Below are positions 25,690 through 38,067 of a stretch of 64,000 nucleotides of DNA, piece by piece. The notes beneath the pieces were generated by a model, which saw nothing but the letters and a program-made list of their open reading frames with translations, was not told the origin of the DNA and made no database searches. The position numbers and the translations under genes are program-made. Position 1 is the stretch's first letter. Each line of letters begins with the position of its first letter. Origin of the DNA: Mobula hypostoma (lineage: Eukaryota); contig NC_086106.1 in NCBI RefSeq assembly GCF_963921235.1, positions 22,940,001 through 23,004,000 of the forward strand. The letters are read 5' to 3'.

Positions 25690-28600
25690 GGGAATAGGGA
25701 ACAGACAATAGGTGCAGATGTAGGCCGTTCGGCCCTCGCCTGCACCGCCATTCACTGTGATCATGGCTGATCATCCACAACCAGTACCTCGTTCCTACCT
25801 TCTCCGTATATCCCTTGACTCCGCTATCATTAAAGGCTCTATCTAGCTCTTTCCTGAAAGCATCCAGAAAATTGGCCTCCACTGCCTTCTGAAGCAGAGC
25901 ATTCCACAGATCCAGAACTCTCTGGGTGAAAAGTTTTTTTTTTCCACAACGTCGTTTTAAATGGCATTCCCCTTGTTCTGAAATGGTGGCCTCTGGTTCT
26001 GGTCTCCGCCAACATCGAAAGCATTTTTCCTGCCTCTTGCGTATAATCCGTTAATAATATTATATGTTTCAATCCGATCTCCTCTCATCCTTCTAAATTC
26101 CAGTGTATACAAGCCCAGACGCTCTAATCTTTCAACATATGACAGTCCCGCCATCCCGGGAATTAAACCCGTGAACCTATGCTGCACTCCCTGAATAGCA
26201 ATGAGGTCCTTCCGAGAGTTTGGAGACCAAAACTATACACAATGCTCCTGGTGTGGTCTCACCAAGACCCTGCAAAACTGCAGACGGACCTCTTTGCTCC
26301 TACACTCAACTCCTCTTGTGCTGAAGGCAAACATGCCATTAGCTTTCTTCACTGCCTGCCGGACCTGCATGCTTACTTTCACTGACTGATGAATAAGAAC
26401 AACTAAATCTCGATTTACTTCCCTTTTTCCTACGTTGATACCATTTAAATAGTAATCTGTCTTCCCGTCCTTGCCACCAAAGTGGATAACCTCACATTTA
26501 TCCACAATAAACTGCATCTGCCATGCATTTTCCCACTCATCCAACCTGTCCAAATCGTCCTGCTTTATCATAGCATCCTCTGCACAATGCATACTGTCAC
26601 CAAGCTTTGTGAAATCTGCAAATTTGCTAAAGTTACTTCTACTCATTTCATCTAAATCATTAATGTGTATAGTATATTGCTGCGGTCCCAGAATTGAGCC
26701 TTGTGGTACCAAACTAGTCACCGCCTGCCATTCTGAAAGGGACCCGTTAATCCCTACACTTTGTTTCCTGTCTGCCAACCAATTTTCTATCCATGTCAGT
26801 ACCCTACCCCCAATACCATGTGCTCTAATGTTGCCCACTAATCTCCTAGGTGGGACCTTATCACAGGTTTCTGAAAGTCTACTTCTTTAAGTACCCGGTG
26901 GTGCAGACCATCAGGCCCTGGGGATTAATCGGCCTTCAGTCCCATCAGTCTGTCCAACACCATTTTCTGCCCAACGTTAATCTCCTTCAGTTCCTCCGTT
27001 ACCCTAGGTCCTCTGGCCACTGTTACATCCCTAGTGAAGACAGATCCAAACTACCTGGTCAACTCGGCTGCCCCTTCCTTGTTTCCCATAATAAACTAAA
27101 CCGTTTGTGTCTTCAAGTGCCCAACTTTGGTCTTATCGTTTTTCCCCCCCCTCTTCACATACCTAAAGAAGCTTTTACTATTCTCTTAGATATTCTTCGC
27201 TAACCTGCCTTCGTGCTCATCTTTTCTCTCCAGATTTCCTTTTTAGTTATCCTCTGTTGCTCTTTAAAAGCGCCCCAATCCTCTGGCTTCCCGCTCATCT
27301 GTGCTATGTTATATTTCATTCCTTTTATATATTTTTTTTTACTGTCATTGACTTCCCTTGTCACCCACAGTCGCCCCTTACTCCCCTTAGAATGTTTCCG
27401 CTTCTTTGGAATTAACTGATCCTGCACCTTCAGTATTATTCCCAGAAATACCTGTCATTGTTGTCCCACTGTCATCTCTGCTAAGGTATCTTTCCAGACA
27501 ACTTTGGCGAGCTCCTCCCTCATGGCTCCATCGTCCCCTTTGTTCTACTGACAATTCCAATTTTCCCTTCTCCCTCTCAAATTGCAGATTAAAACTTATC
27601 ATATTATGGTCACTACCTCTTAATGGCTCCTTTACCTCGAATTCCTTCATCAAATCCGGTTCATTACACAACACTAAATCGAGATTCACCTTCTTCCTGG
27701 TAGGTTCCAGTACAAGCTGCTCTCAGAATCCATCTTGGAGGCACTCCACAAGCTCCCTTCCTTGGAGTCAAGTACCAACATGATTTTCCCAGTCTTCCTG
27801 CATGTTTAAATCTCCCATAACAACCGTAACATTAACTTTGTGACATGCCAATTTTACGTCTTGATTCAACTTGCACCCTATATTCAGACTACAGTTTGAG
27901 GTCTGTAGATAACTCCTTTGAGGGTCCTTTACCCTGGCATTTTCTCAGCTCTATCCATTTTGACTCTATATCTCCTGATTCGATGTCGCCCTTCGCAAGG
28001 GACTGAATTTCATTCCTCACCAGCAGAGCCACCCCATTTCCTCTGCCCACCTGTCTGTCCTTTCGGTAAGGTGCATATCCCTGAATATTCATTTCGCAGC
28101 CCTGGTCCTCATGCAGCCATGTCTCTGTTATTCGAACAACATCATACTTGCCATTTCCAACTGAGCCACAAGATCATCCACTTTATTTCTTATACTTCGT
28201 GCATTCATATATAATACTTCTAACCCATTACACCCCTCACCTTTCAGATCAATTCCTATTGCACTTGGCCATACTCTCCGATCCCTTCCTGAACTTCCTG
28301 ACCCGTTGTTTCTGTTGTCTTTCTTAACTTCCCTTATTCTTTCTTTCCTTTTAACTCCGTCCTTATATTTCCTATCACCACCCCCTCAGCCCCGCCACCT
28401 CACTACATAGTTCAAATACACCCGTGTAGCAGTGGCAAACCTGCCTGCAAGAATGATGGTCCCTCGCCTGTTAAGGTGCAACACAACCCTTTTGTACAAT
28501 CCAGCCTTACCCCAAAACAGATCCCAGTGATCTAAAAATCTAAATCCCTGCTTCCCCGCACCAGCCCCTGAGCCGCATTTCAGATTCCGTACCTCCCTGT

Positions 28601-28902
28601 TTCTGGCCTCAACAGCACGAGGAACCAGAAGCAAACCGGAGATAATCGCCCTGGAGTTCCTACTTTTCAGCCTTCTTCCGAGTTCTGTGAAGTAACGCTG
28701 CAGAATGTCTTTCGTCCTCTTCCCGACATAATTCGTGCCGACATGCACCACCACTTCCGGCTGAGCACCTTCACACTAAATCAGTTTGCCTGTCATTTCT
28801 TCACCACCTCTCATCCTCTCAAAGTCTGGCGTAGTCTCCTCCCTCAGCCTCCTCGCTGAAGACACTCGAGCAAAAGACTCGCATATTTCCCACAAGGCAC
28901 TT
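25690..28902 (-). mobile_element. CR1 LINE (5' UTR, ORF1, APE, RT, 3' UTR) with internal deletion
   Basis: ORF1 SGNH motifs VVHVGTN, LDHW and LHLN (28386-28754); APE remnants (27200-28092); RT VPQGSILGP/KFADFTK (26233-26838); 3' UTR near 25700. Confidence 0.9.
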
Positions 28903-28929
28903 AGTATACTACTGCCAAGTTATACAAAA

Positions 28930-29179
28930 CGATGCTGTATTTCATAATCAACAAACTACAGCTAGACATGATGCACGACGTTTCACCGTCTCCAGCATCT
29001 TTTAACACGGGTGCCACCCAGCATTGTTTGCGGACTCCACTTTTGTACTCTTGGTTCACAAACGACCACACGGTCAATGTCCTGGAAATAAAAAAAAAAA
29101 TATTGCCAAGTACGTCGAACACACGGCAGTGGTGAAACTCATCGCCAAACACTATCAGACGGCCTACAGAGATGAGGTG
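28930..29179 (+). mobile_element. Rex/Babar-type RT fragment hosting Gypsy copy 2 (continues at ~35561-35760)
   Basis: SFNTGATQHCLRTPLLYSWFTND and KYVEHTAVVKLIAKHYQTAYRDEV. After the gap it continues as VTKAKQMMIDF. Confidence 0.65.
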
Positions 29180-32100
29180 TGTTACGTAAACGGCAGCAAT
29201 GAATACCGATCGGGACAGGTTAGATAAAAACAACCAAGCATTTATTAAACACGGATAAACGATAAGGAAAAAAAAAAGAAGAAAACTTTCACTGGAAGGT
29301 AACCGATATTCAGCCGTTCAACAAATCAACACTCCGCACTCGTTCTTAAAGTGTTAAATGCGAAAAGAGTTCTTGAAGCGATAAAGTCAGATATAGTCCT
29401 TAAAGGGATACATTCGAAAGTCCGACAGATCTATACGTTCAATTGTGGAGAGACTTCTCTGGAGAAGGATTTCTTCACAGACGCGACTTTCCTGCTGGTT
29501 CTGTCCACAGAGTCCACGTGGAGGTAAATAAACATTTTAAAACAACTGACCTTAAATTCCTTTAGAGAGAAAGAGAGAGCAAATCATTGCATGAACTCCT
29601 TGCTATTTTTGGCAAGAGTTATCCTTAATTCAGGTTGCTACTCTACTCCGCCAACGAAGACTCAATAAGTCGATGCTTTGAGTTAAACTGCTAAATGATG
29701 CCGACTCCTCTCGATCCCTCGATCCTGCACTTCGATAAATTCTTCATTCTCCCTTATACTGTTGGAATTGAGGAAATCAACACATCCAGCCAAAAAATTT
29801 CCAGTCCAATAATATGGCATCTTGCAATAGAACGCAAAACAGTTTTAAAAATGGAACTGCACCACAAAAACACACAGGCAGTAGAAACGGAGATACAGGA
29901 CGTTCTACCTGGAAACCTACAAACTAAAAAACGACTGTGTCATCTGGGTCGACCCATGTACAGTAATGGCGCACATGTCATCACGTGACCTCGCATCTGC
30001 GGGAAAATCACATCAGGTGATCTCCAAAGCACCATTACATAATTCTCGCAAAAGAAAAAAAATCTCCTTGAGCATGTAACATGTCCTTCCAGAAAAAAGG
30101 TTTCTTAAAGAAGAACATTTTAACAATTTATACATAAAAAATCAAATGTATAAAATGTACAAAATACACCATGTATACAATCTTACCTTTCAGCCCTTTA
30201 CAAACTAATTTAAAGTAGAAGTGTTGCAAACGTTATAATAACACTCCAAAAAAAAACAATTTTCCATTGTACATTTTACATCTAGACAAACAATCAGTAA
30301 TCACATTGTCTTTACACTTAATATGAGTGATCAAAATATTGTACTCCTGTAACATTAGACTACATTATTAAACTGGAGTCTAATTTCCGTAACCCTTTTC
30401 CTTAACAGTCACAGTGGCATCACCAAATTCACTCTTAGCTAAGTTAATAGTTAAGTTAGCTTTTGAAAGTCTCTCAAATAGTTTCTCCACCGCAGTAATA
30501 TTTGCTTTCCATGTACTATTCCCTGTAACCAAATCATCAATATAGACATCTGCATCTTTTAATCCCTGAATCACGCTATTAATCATCCTCTGAAAAGTAT
30601 CTAGTTCATTCTTCATCCCAAATGGAAGAACATTATATTCATATAACCCAGATGGGTTTACGAATGCTGAAATCTCTCTACAGCTATCCATGAATGGAAC
30701 ACACCAATAGCCTTTTCACAAATCATTTTTGTAAGGAATTTGACCTGTCCAAATTTATCCACACAATCATCTACACTAGGGATTGAATATGCATTAGTTT
30801 TTGTCACAGCATTCACATTTCTGTAATCCGTACAAAACCTATTACTTTTGGCTGGTTTAGGCACCATAACATAAGTTGAACTCCAATTCGATTGGTATGT
30901 CTAATAATATCATTCTCTAACACATTAAATTTCTTGTTTTGGAAGTTCACATTTTTCCTTGTTCATTCGATACGGATGTTGTTTTATGGGTTTTGCGTCG
31001 CTAACATCTACATCATGTGTAGCTACAGTGGTTGTTCTAGGGACGTCTGGAAATAAATCTCTGTACTTAAAAAAAACAATTGTTTTATCTGTTCTCTCTG
31101 CTCTAGTTGTAAATGAGCTAATTTTTTCATCAATATTTTCCAGAATTTTAAAATTAGGTAAACTGGATTAAATAATGTTGGGTTTAAAATGAGATTCAGA
31201 CGAATCCTCCAATACGTTTTCATCAAGATAAGACCCATTATCGATCAGAACAGTCAGAGTAGCAACTTCTGTCTCATAATGCTGTTTTATCATATTTATA
31301 TGACATATCTGTGTTGTCTTTCTCGGATCTGGCATTTTACCAGATAATCCACATCATTTACCTTAGATTTAATCTCATAAAGACCATGGAATTTGGTTTG
31401 TAATTGGTTCGTTGGCACTGGGAAAAGAACCAACACCTTATCTCCAGGCTTAAATAACCTCATCCTAGCTTTCCTTACCATATTACGTCTTCATCCTCTC
31501 TTGAGTTAACTTTAAATTTTCCTTGTCCAAGCTACAAGCGTTATACAATATTCCTTTAAATTTAGAAACATAATCTAGCAAATTAGTGTGTACTTCTTTA
31601 TTAATCCACTGTTCCTTCAACAAGGCCAAAGGTTCTCGAACTCTATGCCCAAACACAAGTTCAAAAGGACTGAAAGATAATGATTCCTGTTCTGCTTCCC
31701 TTACTGCAAAAAGTAGTAAATGTATACCTTCATCCCAGTCATTTTCATTGTCTACACGATATGTCCATAAACATAGTTTTTAGTGTAGAAGGAAATCTCT
31801 TCAAGCATCCTTGTGATTCTCGATAATAGGCTGAGGAAATAAACTGTTTTGCTCCCAGTTTAAAACTATCTGCTGAAACAACGCAGACATAAAATTACTA
31901 CCTTGACCTGATTGTATTTCCTTAGGCAACGCAAAATACGTAAACAATAAGAGCCTCTGTCACAGTTTGAGCTGTTATATTCCTAAGAAGTACTGCCTCT
32001 GGAAACCTAGATGCTGTGCACATAGGAGTTAATAAATATCGATGTCCAGTTTTAGTTTTTGGCAATGGATCTATACAGTCTACAATGATTTTTCAGAACA

Positions 32101-35100
32101 GCTCACGAAATACAGGATGTGTTTGCAGTGGGGCCACTGGAGTAAGCTGATTAGGTTTACCAACAATTTGACACGTATGACACGTTCTACAAAATGTCGC
32201 CACATCTTGTCTTAAACTAGGCCAATAAAAATGTTTAGAATCTTTGTCCATGGTTTTCTTTACACATGAATGACCATCAAAAGGAATATTATGAGCCATA
32301 GTCAAAATCTCATTTCGGTAAATTTTAGGAACAATTACCTGATGATTACCTTCCCATTCTTCCCTATCAGGAATTGTAGGCGATCTCCAGTTTCTCATTA
32401 ATACCCCCTTTTCAAAATAATATCCAGCTGGTACTTTTCTTTTAATTTCACAAGCTGGAAGAGCTTGTTCTTTTAATTTAACAATCTCAGGATCTCTACC
32501 CTGCTCTGCTATCATCTCTTTCCGAGATAAAGACAAATCTTCCTGATCAGACTTTACACCAAAATGCTGACAAATAATGTAGGTAAGAATGTTTCCTGAT
32601 ACAGAGTCATAATTGGAATCTGGGTTTGTACTGTCATGGGTAACAACCTTATCCTTTGCATCGGTCTTTTTTTAACCATAGCCCTTGTTAGAACACCGGA
32701 AAAAAAAAAAAAAACCTGTTTTCGAATCCCTCTGTGGTTCCTCAGAATTTGAAGTTATTGTCATATGCACTTCAGAAAAAAACATGTCCACCTGCTGAAT
32801 AATTTCCTAACAAAAGCGAAACATCATTCACAGGTAAACTAGTTTGTAATCTGACTTTAACAACCCCTGTAACTATTCCCCACTTTAAATTTACTCGATG
32901 TAAATGTAATGGTATAAAGGCACTCCCTACTCCTCTTATATAACTTACTTAATCCATGTAAGACTCATCACTAAACCTTAGCACACTGTCTAATATTAGT
33001 GATTGCAAAGCTCCAGTATCTCTAAGTATTCTTATTGATGCTGAATTGGATCCTTCTTTCAAGGATACAATTTTTTTTTGTTATAAATGCTTCATATCTC
33101 TTCTTAAATGGTCAGACTCTGACACATCTTCATTAATATTTTCCAAACCCCGTGGCTTTACAAGTTTTTGAATATGCTGCACGCGAGCATCTGGGACCAC
33201 TTCTTACTCTTTCCGTTTCAATCGAAAGTAATTAGCTACTCTATGTCCATGTTTCTTACAGTAATTACAAATAATACCAAAATATCTTTCCTTCACATCC
33301 TTACTTTTCTCACTAACTTCAGATTTAATTTATGGTTTACCTTGACTCTCTGTGCTCATTACCTTTTAAAAATTTTACCTGGAGAAAATGTATTCTTGTG
33401 AATTAAAACATACTCATCAGCCACTTTCGCAATCTCCTGCAATGTAGCAGTTCCCCAATCATTTGAGTATCTTCTAACTTCAACAGGAATGCCTCTTTTA
33501 AATTCCTCCTGCAAAATCAGCATTTTTTAAAAAATTATTATACTCCCCATTTATATATTTTTTAGAGGGAACCCATCTCTTACAACACACACATTTCTCA
33601 TAGGCAAATTCCGCATATGTTTTTTTCCACCGATTTATTCAAACTTCTGAGTATTTCTCTATACCCTTCCGGAGCGCTCTCATATCTTTTAATATGTGCT
33701 GCTTAACAATATCACAATCCAGTGCTTGCTCAGCATTTAAAACTGTATAAACGTGTTGTGCCTTGCCTTTAATTATTCTTTGTAACATCGCTGGCCATTG
33801 TTCTTTCGGCCACTTTAAACTCAGAGCAACTATTTCGAAATGTTGGAAATATGTGTCCACGTCAGCTTCATTAAACAGAGGAGCCAAAGAAACCTCACGA
33901 CTAGCAATAAACTGTTTCGGCGAAACAGAAGACTGATTCCCAGACCATATTTTCCCCATCTGTGGCTCAAATTTCCTCTGGTTTTCAGCCTCTCTTTCTT
34001 TCATTTCCATTTTAAATCTTTCAAACTTTAACTGTTCAAGACGAAACTGCATTTCCAGATTACTCATTGGAAACTTATCTATCACCTCAGCACCAAACAA
34101 TTCCAAATTAATATTATGTTCGGAAATGTTTCTTTTATGAAAGCCTTGGTAGAATTTATCGTAATTCCTTGAATATCCAACTTCCGAGAAATCTCCAATA
34201 TCTCAGGTTTTCTCGCATTCTCTAAAGATCCCGAGTCAGGCGTCTCCAAAATGACGCCGTATCCATTGTTGCCGAATACAACTCACACACCAATGAACCC
34301 CCCAAAAAATCGGATATTAACCTTTTTTTTTCCAGTCAAAATGTCAATTACCAACACCTAAACTCAAAATCAGCACATTTCCTGGCCGAGCCCCTACTGA
34401 TTATGTTACGTAAACGGCAACAACGAATATCAGTCGAGACAGGTTATATAAAAACAACCAAACATTTATTAAACACGAATAAACGATAAGGAAAAAAAAA
34501 AGAACCAAAACTTTAACCGGAAGTTAACCGATATGCAACTGTTCAACAAATCAACACTCGGCATTCGTTCTTAAAGCGTTAAATGCGAAAACTGTTCTTA
34601 AATCAATAAAGTCAGTTATAGCTCTTAAAGCGATAAACTCGAAAGTCCAACAGATCTATACATTCAATTGGGGAAATACTTCTCCAGAGAAGGATTTCTT
34701 CACAGACGCGACTTACCTGCTGGTTCTGTCCACAGAATCCACGTGAGGTAAATAAACAGTTTAAAACAACTGACCTTAAATTCATTTAGAGAGAGAGAGA
34801 GAGAGCAATCCGTTGCATAAACTCCTTCTATTTTTGTCACGAGTTGTCCTTAATGCAGGTTGCTACTCCGCCAACGAAGACTCAATAATGTCGATCCTTT
34901 GTTGTCCTGCCAAACGTTGCCGACTCCTCTCGATCTCTCGATCCTGCACTTCGCTAAATTCCTCACTCTCCCTTCTACTGTTGGAATTGAGGAAATCAAC
35001 ACATCTATCCAAAAATTTCCATTCCAATAATATGATGTCTTGCAATAGAACGCACAACCTTTTAAAAATGAAAGTGCGTCACAAAAAACAAACATGCAAC

Positions 35101-35246
35101 AGAAACTGAGATACAGCACGTTCTACCTGCAAATCTAGAAACTAAATACCTACTGCGTCATCTGGGTCGACCCTTATATAGTCATAGTGCACATCTCATC
35201 ACGTGACCTCACATAGGCGGGAAAATCACATCAGATGAGCTCCAAA
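29180..35246 (-). mobile_element. Gmr1-type Gypsy provirus copy 2 (both LTRs; 5' LTR runs into the gap)
   Basis: LTRs at 29180-30081 and 34404->35246. Gag at 33639-34106, protease ~33030, integrase 32536-31300, RT 30867-30380; multiple frameshifts. Confidence 0.92.
34379..34396 (-). promoter_or_regulatory. tRNA-Pro-like primer binding site
   Basis: Minus strand TAGGGGCTCGGCCAGGAA matches TGGGGGCTCGTCCGGGAT at 14/18 positions, 7 nt inside the 5' LTR. Confidence 0.75.
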
Positions 35247-35560
35247 NNNNNNNNNNNNNNNNNNNNNNNNNNNNNNNNNNNNNNNNNNNNNNNNNNNNNN
35301 NNNNNNNNNNNNNNNNNNNNNNNNNNNNNNNNNNNNNNNNNNNNNNNNNNNNNNNNNNNNNNNNNNNNNNNNNNNNNNNNNNNNNNNNNNNNNNNNNNNN
35401 NNNNNNNNNNNNNNNNNNNNNNNNNNNNNNNNNNNNNNNNNNNNNNNNNNNNNNNNNNNNNNNNNNNNNNNNNNNNNNNNNNNNNNNNNNNNNNNNNNNN
35501 NNNNNNNNNNNNNNNNNNNNNNNNNNNNNNNNNNNNNNNNNNNNNNNNNNNNNNNNNNNN
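35247..35560. other. Assembly gap (N run)
   Basis: Run of n. Confidence 1.
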
Positions 35561-36661
35561 CCTTCAGCATATAACATTTGCAAGAGCCTTCAACTGGGAT
35601 CCATGAATATAATGTATTCATAATAGTCACCAAAGCAAAGCAGATGATGATTGATTTTGGGCAACACGGACTACTCACACCATTGTGTGCGTTAGAATTG
35701 CAGCCGTGGAAACTGCAAGCAGTTTAAGTCGCCGGGGCGCATATCTCTCGTGGTCCCAGAAGAAACCTTAAACAACCAGGAACGGGTAATAGCGCCTATT
35801 TTTTTTTCTTCTTCTTCTTAAGGGACAGCAGAGAGGTGGATTATGCATATTTATACTCACATCTATCTACCGACGCTTATGTGGAGAATAACCTAACTTG
35901 CCTCAACACTGACTAGCCCAGAGACAACTCCGCAGCGAAAAGGGAGACTTTTTAGTGGTTAATCAACACTTTCCATTCATAACCAGCTCCAATTTACACG
36001 CCAACAAGGTCATATTTACAGAATAATACCCGGAAACGGCCAGTGGTATCATGAAGGAAACCACTCACCCAGCCCTTGAACCATTTGATACTCTCCCTGC
36101 AGGGTGGAGGCCAGACAGCCTCCAAAATACTTACCCTCGCCAAGACAAATGAGGGTGGAAAACACAGATAGAGCTCAGTTGCGGTGGCGAGGGCAGGGGG
36201 AAGGTGGGGGTGAAGAGAGAGAGTTAGTGTAGGACGAAAATTACTTGAGATTGTTGGCTGAAAATGCTGCGGCTGCTGAAGCTAGGTACAGATTAATTGG
36301 TAGCGAGAGAAAGGAAAGCGAGAGAGATGGAGATAAATCAACAGAGGGAGTTGAAAAAGAAAGAGAGAGAGCTCAACGGGAAGATCAGAAGATAGAAAAA
36401 AAGAGAGAGAACATCAGAGCAGTGGGGGGGGGGGGGTGGCTAGAAAGAGAGAGAGAGAGATAGATCAACCAAGCAAGGCTGACACTCCTCTCTGCACCAA
36501 AACCTCAGTGGGTAATAAACCTGGAAAACATCCATCAGATGTTTCTCTATGTCCATGCGTTCCCAAGCAAGTATACGCATATACGTATTTTATCTATCTA
36601 TCTCTTACCACACACACACACACACACACAGCCGAGTGATTGCGTTTTGAATTTTGCAAAA

Positions 36662-37400
36662 TGGCAAACCTGCCTGCAAGAATGATGGTCCCTCGCCTGT
36701 TAAGGTGCAACACAACCCTTTTGTACAATCCAGCCTTACCCCAAAACAGATCCCAGTGATCTAAAAATCTAAATCCCTGCTTCCCCGCACCAGCTCCTGA
36801 GCCGCATTTCAGATTCCGTACCTCCCTGTTTCTGGCCTCAACAGCACGAGGAACCAGAAGCAAACCGGAGATAATCGCCCTGGAGTTCCTACTTTTCAGC
36901 CTTCTTCCGAGTTCTGTGAAGTAACGCTGCAGAATGTCTTTCGTCCTCTTCCCGACATAATTCGTGCCGACATGCACCACCATTTCCGGCTGAGCACCTT
37001 CACACTAAATCAGTTTGCCTGTCATTTCTTCACCTCCTCTCATCCTCTCAAAGTCTGGCGTAGTCTCCTCCCTCAGCCTCCTCGCTGAAGACACTCGAGC
37101 AAAAGACTCGCATATTTCCCACAAGGCACTTCCCTCGACAGGGCCGCTCACCGACAGGCCGCTCCCCGAGAGCAAACCTTGCTCATATTGACTGCGAAAT
37201 TCACTAATTCGTTTCACTTGCCGCACCTCTGCGGATCTTGCCGACCGTGTTGCAGACAGGTTCCGATCCGTTTTTAAATCAACTGCTCCTGAAAAGAGCA
37301 GAAAAAAAAAAGACTCCCAAGGGCTTAACTTCACAGCCAATCCCCGTATTTTCTCCTTCACTTGCCGCACCTTTGCCGACTTTGAAGAACTATAACCAGA
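36662..37400 (-). mobile_element. CR1 ORF1 and 5' UTR fragment (duplicate)
   Basis: Same VVHVGTN...LDHW ORF as 28386-28754, with a longer 5' UTR retained. Confidence 0.85.
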
Positions 37401-38067
37401 AGTCATGTCTTAAGAGTGAAACGTCAACAGTTTCAAGGAAACCTGAGAGGGAACCTCTTCAGTAAGAAGTAGTAAGATTTTCTGATAAACTGCCAGCATA
37501 CATGAGACATGTAAACCCGATTGCAAAGCTAAGCAAATTGTGGATAATGACATGTAGGGCTGTGGTTCGGGTTCAGGTCGCAAGGACAAAGTAGTTTCTG
37601 ACTCTGTGCCTTTATACGGTTTATAATCCCAAAGCCATGTGACATATGCCATTAAACCTAACATGCTCCTGGCCACATCTTGTTTTTAAAAGAGGGACAT
37701 TTGTGTCAGAATATTGTTTCTAGATTGCAGTTCGGTATTCAACACTATTGTCCCACGGACCTTTGCCATAATAACCCTACTGCTCGTTCTTAGTATACTA
37801 CTGCCAAGTTATACAAAACGATGCTGTATTTCATAATCAACAAACTACAGCTGGACATGATGCACGACGTTTCACCGTCTCCAGCATCTTTTAACACGGG
37901 TGCCACCCAGCATTGTTTGCGGACTCCACTTTTGTACTCTTGGTTCACAAACGACCACACGGTCAATGTCCTGGAAATAAAAAAAAAATATTGCCAAGTA
38001 CGTCGAACACACGGCAGTGGTGAAACTCATCACCAAACACTATCAGACGGCCTACAGAGATGAGGTG

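Larger units (their letters stand above)
28433..36655. repeat. Tandem segmental duplication, unit A
   Basis: Colinear and near-identical to 36662-44344: CR1 ORF1 piece, Rex/Babar piece, Gypsy provirus, gap, GA/CA-rich tail. Confidence 0.92.

Noticed and set aside
35209-35678. ORFs with long X runs (also 42969-43349)
   Set aside because: Artefacts of translating N gaps.
36245-36463. Charged ORF AENAAAAEARY...ERERE (also 43938-44339)
   Set aside because: Produced by GA-rich low-complexity sequence; duplicated only as part of the tandem duplication.
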